A stretch of 63,576 nucleotides of DNA, filler included, from Octopus bimaculoides (GCF_001194135.2; 8 parts of 8 records of this genome joined end to end with filler, not necessarily neighbours in it); one strand, 5' to 3'; positions 20,445 through 34,918 are shown, counted from the first letter of the whole stretch. Program-made: numbers and translations. The notes: generated by a model from the letters alone, not told the origin.

Positions 20445-20650
20445 TTTGGCAGAATCGTTTGCATACTGAACAAAATGCTTAGCGACATTTCTTCGGGCTT
20501 CATGTTCTGAGTTCCAATGCCGCGGAAGTGGACTTTGCTTTCTATCCTTTCGAGGTCAATGAAATAAGTACCAGCTGGGTCGATGTAATCGACATACTCC
20601 CTCTCCTAAAAATGCTGGCATTGTGCCAAATTTTGAAACTATTATTATTA
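20445..20650 (+). mobile_element. SINE family B copy ending in (ATT)n
   Basis: ttggcagaatcgtt...aaatgcttagcg...gtggactttgctttctatcctttcgaggtcaatgaaataagtaccagc...ttgaaactattattatt. Confidence 0.8.
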
Positions 20651-22651
20651 TTATTATTATTATCCAATAGTCTTATTTTTATCACGTGCTTTCATTGCAC
20701 TACGGTAAGTGAATATGTGCAATTCACTGGCTATGGTATGTGTGTGTGTGTTTAAACACCCTCCTAGATGTTTTGAACATTATTCTAATAAGAGCTGAAT
20801 TTCAATCTATATACAGTCATCGGTTGATCCATATTCTGGATATAACATTGTATTTGCGATACAATTTTGGAAGAAGGTGAAGTTATTTTGAAAAAATATG
20901 AAAGTTAGTAAAGCCTGATACTTCTAGTGATTTTGATGGGCCTTAGTTGTGCAAGTTATCAGGTGTAGTACAATACCGTTTCCTTCAAAGGTGTTGTTAA
21001 TCAAGACAGGTTATTATGCACCTGGAGGGTGTTTCTGTGGTATTTTTTAGAGTAGTTGTTAAAAATCTAATTTGAAAGTGGATGAATATTTTGTACGAAC
21101 AATTAAAGAGTAAAGGGTAATAGTTACAAAGGACTGTATGGTTAAAGTTGTAGAAAGTCGGTTATTAACGTTGAAGAAAAATTGCAAGAAAATCACAAAA
21201 CCTTGAAAGGTATGGTAGTTCCGAGTAAACCAGAGGATTAAATAGTGTGTACCCTACTTGCGAGAAGTACTTGAATCTGTGTACCCCACTCCAGGCCCCT
21301 ATGTCTTTACGAGCTTATACTGCAGACCCAAATGTGTTGCTCCCATAAAAGCGTCGCTCGGGGTGGACCAGATCCTGCCCCTCCAACAATCACCATACGC
21401 CACCCACCTACACCACCGAGTTAAAAGGTTAAAGGTCAAAGGGAGCCCCATCAACACACTGCAGCAAAACATTTTCAGACAAAAATCTTCTGATCCAAGT
21501 GTTTATAGACACACACCTTCCGTTAGAACAACTGAACTTTTAGATAGGAAATCAAACACGCAACACATTGTTATGCTATGTAGTAGCAACAAGACTCACA
21601 GAGTAAGGAGAAAGCGGTTAGTGAACAAAGTCCACTAGGTATTTTTAATTCCCGGCTGGAAACTTTTTCCATCGCATAATTTTGCTAATGCCCTTCTTAT
21701 GAAGTCAGGAACGTCATAACTCTATTTTTCTCCTCTTCTTCATTATAATTCTCAGGCTTCATGCCAATGTAAGAAAGCCTTATTATAGGTGGCGGCCACT
21801 CAATCATTTAACATCTGTGTAATGATAAGAAGCAAAAAGAAAAGGACAAAAAAAAAAAACACCTCCAAACAGACATATCGATTAATCAAGTTTGGTGTGA
21901 ACAGCTATCGATGTCGATTCGACTCGTCGGCAAATTGCTATCGCTTCGTGTGTAGAGTAGATAATGGTTGTTGTTGTTCTTGTTTTTGAAGATGATGTAG
22001 GAGATGACGTGGATGATGGGAGTGGTGATGTTGCAGTTATTACTTTTCTTCACTTCGTGATTATCTTAAAGAGTGAAGCTAAGATTCTGTCAGGTCTTAT
22101 AGGTTTCCATACATAAAACAAATGAAATAAGGGCGTCTGTGAGCAGCATTAGGAAGTGAGCTATTGATACAGGTATTGTTAATTAATATTATGCTTGCAC
22201 TAATCAAAGGCATTCCGGCCTTGACCATCCGTCATGCCAGAGGTATCTAGAACTTATATAAAGAAGGTATCTTGTGGTTTGAGGGAGATTTGAGTTATAT
22301 TTCTTGAACGAATCACCCTGGCTCAAAGGCATTCACTCTGGTTCTGATACAATTGCCTCTGTGTATGGGGCCGCGCTTGTGTGTGATGACACAAAGAGGT
22401 GCAACTGGTAATGAGGGAAAGGAGAGAGCTGAAGTATAAAGCGAGAGTGGAAGATAGAGACAGAGAGAGAGAGAGGGGGAAGGGAGAATACATATATTCG
22501 TGAGAAAGAAAAAGGGAAAGAGGAAATGCATGCACACAACGGAGATAGATGGTGGTGGTGGTAGTGGGGTAAGGAGAAGACGAGAGAAATAAAGCGATAG
22601 AAATAAAGTTGGAAAGGAAATTTTGCATTAGCCAATTTAACGGAGCTCTCT

Positions 22652-22805
<154 letters not shown>

Positions 22806-24875
22806 AGAAGATAGAATGATTTATGTATAATATGAGTATTGCAATTAGATAATGGTGGTGTGATATCAGTGTTCTCCAGCAAGTATGTTATACCCTCTCG
22901 TAGGCGTCTCCCAGTTAAGCAGGTATTTGGGATTTAGGATTTAACTGTGCAATGCAAGTCCACTGCATGTCAGAATAAATCGGTAGTAGATTAAATTGAC
23001 TACAATATTTGATTAGCACTTCTCAATGCGGGAAGAAGCAAAATTAAAGTTGACTCCGACGAAATTTGAACTCAGAACGTCTAGAGTTGGAACAAATACA
23101 ACTCTAACGATCCTGCTAAAACACTGCACCACTGATTAAGTATGTTTAAGGTTTGAGTAATCATTTATTCATTTTACTTTACTGAGGTATGTGTGTGGTA
23201 GCTCCGATTTTGGCTGTATTGTTGTCGTCGCTGTATGTGCAACCTGTTGATACAGTTTTCCATGTTGGACTATAATAGGGCAGAGAATAGAGCAGACGTT
23301 TTAACTCTTTCACTGATGATGGTGGTGGTGAAGTTGATGCAGTTGATTTCTGTGTTGCAGAATATACAGGGAAAGAGGTAAGCAATCGAAAACGGGGGAG
23401 ATTAAGCTCCGATTAGCGAAATAGTTAGTAATGATGTACTGTATTATGTAACACTTAGGCATAATACTTGGTATTGGAGATGGGTAGAAGAGATGTATGT
23501 GAGCAGTGAATTCGATTTTTGACTATAAATGGTTGGGGTGCTTAACATAGGGGTTGCCATAATGGTAATGATGTTTAACTTGTAGTGTAGTCCCAAATAG
23601 AGTCTGACGGAGAGCAGATATATTTTCAAAGTTTGCGACTATAACTAGTGTAGTTCCTTTAAGCTTTGTGTGTGTGTTTGCGCGCGCATACGACTGAGTA
23701 GACAAATGAAAGAAAAGGGCACTCAGTTCATTTAGTGGTAGTGATATATATTGTTATTTAAATAGTTTGATATAGCTACATGCTGTATGGTGCAGGCGTT
23801 GTACAAAAACCTAACTGTTTTAATGAGCTCAGTTTCTGCATGAAGCCTAAGAAACTTAAATCGCATGCAACCAAATCAAACAGTTTTAAATGAAGATAAC
23901 AATGATAATGGTTGCTCCCGCAAAAAAAATATCAAAATAAAGGTGGGGGAAAAACTATAGTAGTAAGCCATCTAAATTCCTTAGACTTTAATTAATAAGG
24001 CCGATGGGGATGTCACATCAATCTGGGATGGTTGGGATTATCCTGTTCTTCAAAATATATTTTTGCATGTGTCTGCAACCACTGAAAACTTTCGACCTCG
24101 AGTTCAATATAATATATATNNNNNNNNNNNNNNNNNNNNNNNNNNNNNNNNNNNNNNNNNNNNNNNNNNNNNNNNNNNNNNNNNNNNNNNNNNNNNNNNN
24201 NNNNNNNNNNNNNNNNNNNNNNNTATATTATATTATATATCATATATATCGGAGGGACGCTTTCATGATATATAACATCTCCTGGGTATATTCAGACCTG
24301 GTGGAACCAAGGTTTAACCACTGTCACTTTCCTCCAAGGAATGGAAGAGATAGGCAGAGCAGAAATAAAGGGAGGAAAAAAAGGGTCTTTTAATAAGACG
24401 CTATCATGTTGTCTTTAAGAAGTCTGGATCTCTAGAAAGAGCAGTCGAGCTACGATGTACATGCTACCTCGTTAGCCTATTTCAGCTACTGTTGTTGAAA
24501 TAGCAGATGCAATTTTTAAGCTCATTTTGATGTTGTTATTATTATTGTTGTTGCCGTTGTTCAACCTCAGTTCAACTACGGTTATCTCGTCATTTCTGAA
24601 GTAGTATATTATTTTTGAATAATAATATACTTCGGCTATATTAACCAATGTCTTAAAAAGAAAATCAAAAATGGAAAAGAAAGAAAGACAAAGTAGTTTG
24701 TAGTGTGGTTTGAGGGACATTTGGCTTCTATCTCGAACCGAACAGGTAGAGCAATCAGTCAGATATTCCCTCCTTGGATTATTGTGGTTGTTATTCTTGC
24801 TAGACTTAGTAGAAAACGACATCTTTGGTTGTGGTGGTGGCCATTAGTTATCGCTGTGGTGGTGAAAGAGAAAGC

Positions 24876-24925
<50 letters not shown>

Positions 24926-25167
24926 TGGAGGTAGTGAAAGAGAGAGAGATGGAGGTAGTGAAAGAGAGAGAGAGAGAGTGAGAGGGAGCGGGAAAGTGAG
25001 AGAGACACAGTGATGGGGAGTGGGAGACGGAACACATGGCCGATATTTTAAGACGCCATTAACACTGGCGTATCAATCAACTGCATCGACCTCTGATTGA
25101 TATCCAACAAACTCTAGCTGCAGAGATAATCAATAGAAGTTGATTGTGTGTAAAGTTGTCTGTGTGT

Positions 25168-25233
25168 ATGTGTGTGAGTGTGTAAATGGATGTGTGTGAG
25201 TGTGTAAATGGATGTGTGTGAGTGTGTAAATGG
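25168..25233. repeat. 22-bp minisatellite x3 (ATGTGTGTGAGTGTGTAAATGG)
   Basis: Three exact units. Confidence 0.9.
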
Positions 25234-25506
25234 TGGCTATGTGTGACAGGCTGTATGAGGCTGACTGTTGTGTGAGGAATGAATTGCGTTTGTGTGTGTG
25301 TAAGTGCGTGTGCGTTTATGTGTGTCTTTTGTTTGAGTCTCTGTGTGTGCTTTACTTTGAGAGTGAATAAATAGTCGTATATGGCTTGTTATGTGTAGAT
25401 CTCAGTGTTTTGTGGTTGTGTATATAGTTAGCTGTGTGACAGGTTACGTATGTGATTGGCAGTGTGTTGATTGCCTATATATGTGAAACTAGCTCTATGT
25501 ATGTGT

Positions 25507-25538
<32 letters not shown>

Positions 25539-26193
25539 ATGCATGCGGGATTAACTGTTTGACAAGTGTGTAGATGATTGTGTGTGTGTATGTGTGTGTG
25601 TGTGTGTGTGTGTGCGTGTGTGTATTGGCTGTTATATGAGACGAATGTGTGCCTTGAGCTGTACTTGGATTAATGTATGCCCTGTGTGTATGTCTGTGTC
25701 TGTGCGTGTGCATGTGTGTGTGTGCGTGCGTTCGCGCGTGTATGTATGTGTGTTTGAAAGGTGTCAGAATGGCGAAAAGAGTTGGAAATCGATTTAAAGG
25801 TGATGGTTACGGGCAATGAGAAATTTTCTAAAGACAGATAGCCAGAGAGAGAGAGAGAGAGTGGGGGAGGAGAGGTGGCGGGAGTAATTGTAGTAGTAGT
25901 AGTAGTAGCAGCAGTATTAGTATTAGTAGTTAGAACGATAGAGAGAAAGGGAGAAGGTGGGAGAGAAAGGAAGAAATATGACGGATACAATGAAAAGAAA
26001 CTGGCAACCCAAGTAATGGAGCATAATCTGGTGACTCGACCAACTTGCTAGAAATAACACGCCACCATCCTAAATAGGGAGAGAAAACATTGGATAATGT
26101 GTTCAAATTACCTCGGAAGATACAGAATGGTCATGACTTTAATTACAAGTCTACAATTTTAAGGTTGTCTAAGGACTATATAAAAACAACAGG

Positions 26194-26227
<34 letters not shown>

Positions 26228-26327
26228 NNNNNNNNNNNNNNNNNNNNNNNNNNNNNNNNNNNNNNNNNNNNTTAATTAATTAANNNNNNNNNNNNNNNNN
26301 NNNNNNNNNNNNNNNNNNNNNNNNNNN
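26228..26327. other. Artificial 100-nt assembly join spacer
   Basis: N44-TTAATTAATTAA-N44. Confidence 0.97.
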
Positions 26328-27131
26328 TATATATATATATATATATATTTGACAGGACGGACAACAAAAGAAAGAGACCTCGATATTATGCAAATAGAGA
26401 AATTTATCTGTAGAAATATGTGACACTTATTCAGTAGTCATGATAAAACTCCGAGTTTCGGATGCCAGGATGGGTGCCCACGCCAACATCTCTTCAGTGA
26501 TCCGGCCATTGAAAATTCCTGTAAAAAATGACCGTTAAAAACAAAGGGAAATTACTGTGTAGTGACAAGTTCAAAACGCGTTTAAAACTGCGTATATTAT
26601 CGCATGCACGCATATATCCATATACGCACGCACATATCTCTATATACGCACGCATATATCTACATACGCACGCATTCACGCACACACTCACAAGCGCGCA
26701 CATATAAAGTTCCTTGTACGTGTCTATAGGCGTACAGGAAAAAACAGGGTGGAGGGGAGAAAACAGAAAAATACGTATGGAAAAAATACAAAAACATTAG
26801 CCCTATAATTATGTAAAAAACATAAAAATAATTAAAAATATAAAAAAATATAAAAATATTAAATCCAAGTAAAAAAGGTGAAAAGCTTATACATAGACAC
26901 AATATAGAAACCTATCAGTACAGTCTCATCAGCAGCTCCTATCAGTAAAAATATTAAAATATTGAGTGAAGCCTAATAACTAGTTGATCTAGTTAGTTTG
27001 GCCTCACCTCAGTGAGGGAGGCGGTGCGCAATAATACCGCCGAAATGAGGGTCCTGAAACGGTGCGCATGCTCTCCTGATGACAACATAACCTGCTAGTG
27101 TTCAATATGCGGAGCTTTCAACTGGTAGCAG

Positions 27132-27190
<59 letters not shown>

Positions 27191-27372
27191 CCTACCTACC
27201 TTCCTTCCTACCTACCTACCTACCTACCTACCTACCTACCTATCTACCTACCTATCTATATATCTATCTATCTATCTGAAGGCGTGGCTGTGTGGNNNNN
27301 NNNNNNNNNNNNNNNNNNNNNNNNNNNNNNNNNNNNNNNNNNNNNNNNNNNNNNNNNNNNNNNNNNNNNNNN

Positions 27373-27433
<61 letters not shown>

Positions 27434-27683
27434 TCATCCATGAATTTGTTTCAGTCAAGGTACCTTCTTCAGATTTAGTACTCAATACATGATACAAATG
27501 TAGAGTTCTAAATTTCTCTTAAGACTTAAAATTACAATTGTTCTAAACCGGAGGAGGCACTTGAAAACTATCTTTTGTAGGTTGAAATGTTAAGCATTCA
27601 TGGGATTAGTTCTTGAGTTCCAGGATAGCATCCTCAGTTTATATTGACTGTACATATATATACTCACACGCACACACACATAT

Positions 27684-27716
<33 letters not shown>

Positions 27717-28384
27717 TATACACACATACACTCAAACGCACATATACATACACACACACACGCCTACACACACCACACACATACTCAATGTACACAGACA
27801 TGCACCTATATACATATTGTCGATGAGTTTAATTGTGCATAGTATTTCGTGGATATTCTATTTAATATACCTGTGCTATCAACAACGCGTTTTCTATCTA
27901 GGTTTCCTCAGAAGTTTGGACGCATGATCATTCGGTGAGAAAGTAATTTTATGTCCAATGTCATATATTTAGAACCTTCATACTTTTCATCTGAATTTTG
28001 TATATTTGTTATCGACTAATTTGTAGTTTAGTGTTGATGAAGAAAGTCTTAATTTTCATGTTCTCAAAATATACGATTAGTGGTAGTTCATAAGTTTGTG
28101 AAATGTTAGTGTTCTGTAGTTTGAAAACGTGCCAGTCTATTCTAGAATTAATATGATTTCATTCACATAATACATTTTATTGTAGCTTGTTTATTTTCGT
28201 ACGATGTAATATGAGTTTTATTTTCTGTGTCGTTTAATGTGATCTACTAAATTATGTAAATGCTTGTCACCCTCTTACTTTGATTTGGAAGGAGAATCTA
28301 AATCTAAATTTTCTGCTCAATAAGGATTTTATAACTGAAGTTTTATATCCATGTGGATATTCGATAGTGCTTAGTTGCAAATGA

Positions 28385-28640
28385 TTTTAAAGTATCTTAT
28401 TCTTGTAGTGTCCTTGAGCAAGACACTTTATTTCACGTTCTCTAGTCCACTCAGCTGGTAAAAATAAGTAGTACCTGTATTTCAAAGAGCCAGCCATGTC
28501 ACATTCTGAATTTCCCTGAAAGCTACGTTAAGGGTACACGTGTCTGTGGAGTGCACAGCCACTTGTACCTTCATTTCACGAGCAGGCTGTTCTGCTGATC
28601 GGATCAAATGGAATCCCCGTTTTCGTAACTGACAGAGTAT
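28385..28640 (+). mobile_element. 5'-truncated SINE (CORE-like box plus family D-type 3' body)
   Basis: gtgtccttgagcaagacactttatttcacg...ctacgttaagggtacacgtgtctgtggagtgc...gatcggatcaa. Confidence 0.75.
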
Positions 28641-28762
28641 CAGTTTTCCCTGAAGTTACATTTATTGATAAGGTTATTGAATCGCCCGAATCATTCAAAT
28701 ATTTATTCTGTGTTAAGGTGGAGAACAGCGGTTGTCAACACTTTGTAAAGTTTTCTTGTATA

Positions 28763-29153
28763 AACTAAAAGTTGTACCTCACCACAAGCTAGTCTACTAC
28801 TGTTATACATATGTATGAATGCGTCAGTGAGTATGTATATGTGTACCTGTTGAGCACTGAAAAGCAAATAACTGTATATCAAAATATAAGCATATAAATG
28901 CAAGTTATGTTTCGGCTAGAATCAGTGTGTAGAGTTTTATATTCTGTTAAGACTTAATATTACGATCGTTCTAAGCCAGAGGAGATATAACTAAAAGTTG
29001 TACCTCACAACCAGCTATTCTACTATTGTCATACGTATGTATGAATGCGTCAGTGTGCATGTATGTGTGTGCTTGTTGAGCACTGAAAAGCAAATAACAG
29101 AATATCAAAATATAAGCATATAAACGCAAGTTAAGTTTCAGCTAGAATCAGTG
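28763..29153 (+). repeat. Diverged tandem duplication: two 165-bp copies, period 226
   Basis: 28763-28927 and 28989-29153 both run AACTAAAAGTTGTACCTC...GCTAGAATCAGTG. Confidence 0.9.
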
Positions 29154-29967
29154 AGTACTAGGCCGTAATTAACAATACCAGTTAATAAAAATGTTAAAGT
29201 TATATTTTGGGACAAAGATCAACAAAGATCACTAGAGTGAGGAGTTGTCGTTGTCTGAAACATATCCGACTGTCAGTGGTTTGTATGATATTTCGAGAAG
29301 GAATTTGCCAGGATACCATTTGAAGATAGAGCCAGTTCGGTTGATATAAATAAATTTCGTACCGTTATGTCGATTTTGGCTAGGGTCGTATGGCATGAGA
29401 TTCCATCCTTGGGGGATGATTTATCGATCGGTTATATAAACGTCAATCTCTTTGGATTGTTTTCATATAAATGTTCTTCAATTCCCCAACCCCATTCAGG
29501 CTATAGAGGTATTTCTGGACTGTCTCTCAAGGAATCTGATGCAGTACAGTACAACCTTAATTTTATAGTTTACTAGTGAGCTGGGTTTTTTTCCAGTGCC
29601 GATTGTAAAGGGAAAATTTGGAAAACCTATCCATGTCTATATTGATAAGCTAGGGACAAAGTATAGCGCACGATGTACCTGGAGGGAAAGTGTAGGCACA
29701 CTATTTCAACATATATAAAAGAACAGCACGTATTAAAGATGAAAAGATCGAAGATAATTGGGGAAGCAACCGTACAATGAGAGTAATTTTCTATGAACAA
29801 CAGCATGCCATAAATATGTAGATCAATAAATAATATCGAAATTAAAATCTTGCAGTGCACCCATACAAACGTACACGCAAGTCTTTCAAAAAATAGACTT
29901 GCGGTGAAATAACAGAAGGCGCCGAAATCATAAACAGTAATAATAATAATATGAGATAATAGTAAAA

Positions 29968-30000
<33 letters not shown>

Positions 30001-30039
30001 ATAATAATAATAATAATAACAATAATAATAATGATGATG

Positions 30040-30042
30040 ATG

Positions 30043-30097
<55 letters not shown>

Positions 30098-30313
30098 TGA
30101 TGGTGCTAATGTTAATATATTTACTATAAAATAAACATAGGAACACAATGTGGAATAATATAATATAATATAATATAATATAAAGCGATACAATATAATA
30201 TAATTTAATATTGTGTGTTATAATACATGTAGCGATATATATATGTGTGCATGTCTATACATATATGTATATGTGTATGTATATACATATACATATATAC
30301 ATATATATATATG

Positions 30314-30371
<58 letters not shown>

Positions 30372-30510
30372 CATACACACATATATAGCGCTACATATAT
30401 TATTGCACACAATTTTAAATTATATCATATTGTATCGTTTTATATTATACTATATTATTCCACATTGTATTCCTATGTTTATATTATAGTAAATATATTA
30501 ACATTAGCAC

Positions 30511-30586
<76 letters not shown>
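30040..30586. repeat. Imperfect palindrome (~200-bp arms) centred on a (TA)n/(CA) tract
   Basis: Left ...GGTGCTAATGTTAATATATTTACTATAAAATAAACATAGGAACACAATGTGGAATAAT... mirrors right ...ATTATTCCACATTGTATTCCTATGTTTATATTATAGTAAATATATTAACATTAGCACC... Flanked by (AAT)n and (ATT)n. Confidence 0.9.
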
Positions 30587-30589
<3 letters not shown>

Positions 30590-30606
30590 TAGTTTTCTTT
30601 TTATAA

Positions 30607-30706
30607 NNNNNNNNNNNNNNNNNNNNNNNNNNNNNNNNNNNNNNNNNNNNTTAATTAATTAANNNNNNNNNNNNNNNNNNNNNNNNNNNNNNNNNNNNNN
30701 NNNNNN
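30607..30706. other. Artificial 100-nt assembly join spacer
   Basis: N44-TTAATTAATTAA-N44. Confidence 0.97.
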
Positions 30707-33493
30707 TATATATATATATATATATTGTGAGATGAATGGATACAGGCTTAAAATTATAATTGTCATAACTATTTACAATATCCAAATGAACTTTGTGTTG
30801 CATTGAAAGGGAAGAAAACTCATATGGCAACATGATGCACCTACAGTATGCTTAAGGTTAGAAGTGTTCCAACCAGGATCTAATATTTTTGGAAAGAGTT
30901 CCAACAATGACCATCCTACATTCTGAAAGTGACCACTCTGTCTTCTTAAGCCAAAATGCTCCTTGTGTCAAAGTCTACACCACCCCCTTTTTTTGTTTTT
31001 AAATAAAAATTAAATAATGTAGTACAGGATACACTATGCCTGGAAAATAAATTATTTTCAATGGTCATAAGTGGAGTGCCTTTGACCATCAGTTTTTTAC
31101 TGAAACTGACAAGGACCAAAACTACAATAACAATGGTTTATGTATATTTAAGGATGTGGGTTTGTGTGTATATGTATGTTTATGTGTGCATATGTTTATG
31201 TATGTATATGTTTATGTGTGTGTTATAGTCCAACAGGCTACAAAACATTATCCAAGGTGTCCTTAAAAAAAGAAACAAAGTAAAAATAAGAAGAGATGCT
31301 CATATATGGAACATGGGAAGGTCACAGTTGGAACACTCAAAAGAAAAAAAAAATCAATGAATAGGTGATCACAGTTATAGCACTTTAAAAAAGATTCAAT
31401 TCTTAATTGGAATGCTTAAAAGAAAAGAAAAAAACAAATGGGACAGTATCATCATTGGCAAACGTTCGGAATTGCCGTCCTTGGTAAATTGAATTTTCTC
31501 CATTTTCATGTTTTTTTTTTTTTGCACCACACACTTTAAAATGATGTGGGGGAAGCTTTGTCTAAANNNNNNNNNNNNNNNNNNNNNNNNNNNNNNNNNN
31601 NNNNNNNNNNNNNNNNNNNNNNNNNNNNNNNNNNNNNNNNNNNNNNNNNNNNNNNNNNNNNNNNNNNNNNNNNNNNNNNNNNNNNNNNNNNNNNNNNNNN
31701 NNNNNNNNNNNNNNNNNNNNNNNNNNNNNNNNNNNNNNNNNNNNNNNNNNNNNNNNNNNNNNNNNNNNNNNNNNNNNNNNNNNNNNNNNNNNNNNNNNNN
31801 NNNNNNNNNNNNNNNNNNNNNNNNNNNNNNNNNNNNNNNNNNNNNNNNNNNNNNNNNNNNNNNNNNNNNNNNNNNNNNNNNNNNNNNNNNNNNNNNNNNN
31901 NNNNNNNNNNNNNNNNNNNNNNNNNNNNNNNNNNNNNNNNNNNNNNNNNNNNNNNNNNNNNNNNNNNNNNNNNNNNNNNNNNNNNNNNNNNNNNNNNNNN
32001 NNNNNNNNNNNNNNNNNNNNNNNNNNNNNNNNNNNNNNNNNNNNNNNNNNNNNNNNNNNNNNNNNNNNNNNNNNNNNNNNNNNNNNNNNNNNNNNNNNNN
32101 NNNNNNNNNNNNNNNNNNNNNNNNNNNNNNNNNNNNNNNNNNNNNNNNNNNNNNNNNNNNNNNNNNNNNNNNNNNNNNNNNNNNNNNNNNNNNNNNNNNN
32201 NNNNNNNNNNNNNNNNNNNNNNNNNNNNNNNNNNNNNNNNNNNNNNNNNNNNNNNNNNNNNNNNNNNNNNNNNNNNNNNNNNNNNNNNNNNNNNNNNNNN
32301 NNNNNNNNNNNNNNNNNNNNNNNNNNNNNNNNNNNNNNNNNNNNNNNNNNNNNNNNNNNNNNNNNNNNNNNNNNNNNNNNNNNNNNNNNNNNNNNNAATA
32401 ACGAAAAGTAAATTTTATCGGTGGTTACTGTTTTAGGAAGTGGGGGAGGGGGCACGTATAAATATTACATGAATTGAATTTTTTTTTTCTCAAAAGATTT
32501 GGATTACGTGTTTCAAAATATGGAATATAATAACTGAAGTGTTGGGGTGAGGGGCTAATGGTGATGTCTGTCGTGACATCACCGTGGATTAAACATTTTT
32601 TTTGTTTATTCGAAAGGGCTTTCCCCGACAGTTTGAAGTGCACGGTGAGAAAAAAAAATAAAAAAAAGGACAATCCAACTTATGTTGGACAGTTATTCCG
32701 AAACTCCGCCGGCTTCTGCTTTCGGCACAAGACCAGCAGTTTTTAGGAGAAAGAGCTTCAGTGGACACCATCAGTCTCAGTACTTAACTGATTTTATCGA
32801 CTCTGTCGGAATGAAATATAAAGTTGGCTTCAGCGGATTTTCAACAAAATAAATGAGAAATGTGGTTGTTTTCTTGTGCATGAAAAGTGACCTCCCTTGC
32901 GATGTCAAGGTACAGAAGCTTATCTGCAAAGATATATAAGTGCACACACGCAAATACATTCGCGCACGAACACACGCTATGATTTCACACCTGAGAGGAA
33001 ATAAGTATTCAGTACATATTGCTGAGTAAATTATACGTAGCTATATATAAGTATATACATACATATGTACACACACGCTTACATACATATGGACAGACAT
33101 ACGAGTCAATCATGTATTTAGGAACCCCAAAGAATTCTTGTCACTTTGTTAGCGATCAGCTTTAATTCCATTGAAAACTTCGATTAATCTCGAAGAAAAA
33201 ATGCAAATAATCATACAACCACCAATCCCAAGAACTGTCTTGACTGAAATCAAAAGAAATTTCTGGAGGAGCTTCAATTCTGCACAAGAACCCAACGATA
33301 CGTTCGTCCATTCGTCACCCCTCTATATGTGTGTGTTCAAATGCCGCTGCGGTCTACTTTGCCTTTCATCCTTTTCGGGTCGATAAAACAAGTACCAGTT
33401 GAGCATTAGCGTCGATGTAATCGGACTTATCCCCATCCCCGAAATTGCTGGCTTTGTGTCATAATGTGAAACATATATGTATGTATGTATGTA

Positions 33494-33554
<61 letters not shown>

Positions 33555-33800
33555 GTAGGTAAGTACGTGTGTCTGTATTTATGTATGTCTGTACATATGC
33601 ATATATTTATGCATGTACGTATCTATCTACCTATGTACGTACCTATGTGTGTATGTACATGAGTGTGTGTGTGTTTATAAAGCCCGGATGCCACAGCACG
33701 GCCTCTATTTCCTACATCAAATAAAACTAAAATTCAATAGGTTAATGTTTTCATGTACGTCCGTACGGAAAAACCAACCGTTTTTTTTAATATAATTTCT

Positions 33801-33900
33801 NNNNNNNNNNNNNNNNNNNNNNNNNNNNNNNNNNNNNNNNNNNNTTAATTAATTAANNNNNNNNNNNNNNNNNNNNNNNNNNNNNNNNNNNNNNNNNNNN
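33801..33900. other. Artificial 100-nt assembly join spacer
   Basis: N44-TTAATTAATTAA-N44. Confidence 0.97.
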
Positions 33901-33931
<31 letters not shown>

Positions 33932-34918
33932 CTGTGTTTGACAAAGTTTAAGAGATTGAAGAAACGACAGAGTCATCGCGATTATATTTTGCATGCGTAT
34001 GTGTATAGCTGCATCTGTCTATCTCGCTGCTTAAACTTCCATTGCTTCAGGCTTTTCCCTTGCATTCATGCAATATCTCTGTGCTCTGCTCGTTAAGAGT
34101 CTATGACAAGTATATACTATCTATGTTTGTAGTTTTTGCTTCATATATATATATATTTTATAGATGATGCAACTACCCTGATTTACTAATGATCCACCAA
34201 GAGAGCTTCTATTTTGCTGCTCGGTCTGTTAGAGAGTGCCTTGCAGTATGTTGCACCATGCCGACTTGAAGTTAGAACAGGATATATTTAATATAACAGA
34301 CTGTCGTACAGAATGTTTATTTGTAGAACGTCTTTCGTCGTAGATGTGCTCAATAATAATTTACCTCTTTCTAATCGATATCACTGACTAGATTTACTGC
34401 AAAACTGACAGTTCCATACGTAATAAAACCACCAGCTTCTATCAGTCATATGCTCACATGTGTTTTGCGAGTAAATGTGTTTGATAGATCTTTGTTATAC
34501 ATCTGTAGCCTATTGTGAGAAAGTACTTCTGTTCATATTGTAATCCTGAAATAGTCTTGTATACAAATATACTGTTTTCAGTTGTGTTTGCTTCCAAGAA
34601 CCAGTTACATGTGCATGTATATGTATATATGAACGACTTCACGCGCATGCGTGCATACACAAATACAGGCACACACATACAAACACACACATATATATAT
34701 GCATTCGTATATGCACACATTTACTCACACATGTATTTCAATGTATGTTTTATGTCAAGTTATATATAAAAATAATTCAACATTAAACTGAAGGATTACA
34801 CAATATGAATTAATAACCAATATATATATATTTCACAGAACAAAATTTCAAACGTCTCTTCAATGTTTCGGCTTCCGCACCATCATAATGTACATTATAT
34901 AGGTAACTACACATCGGT

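Noticed and set aside
26995-27090. Hairpin GGCGGT...ACCGCC followed by GAAA, with a nearby CTGATGA
   Set aside because: The elements are not in hammerhead order and no NUH/stem I could be built.
34000-34300. Possible RT 'DD' motif (FIDDA)
   Set aside because: No flanking RT motifs were recognisable and there are multiple stops.
34835-34890. Minus-strand TGATGG...GCCGAAAC resembling a hammerhead
   Set aside because: The core CUGANGA is broken and stems I and III are absent.
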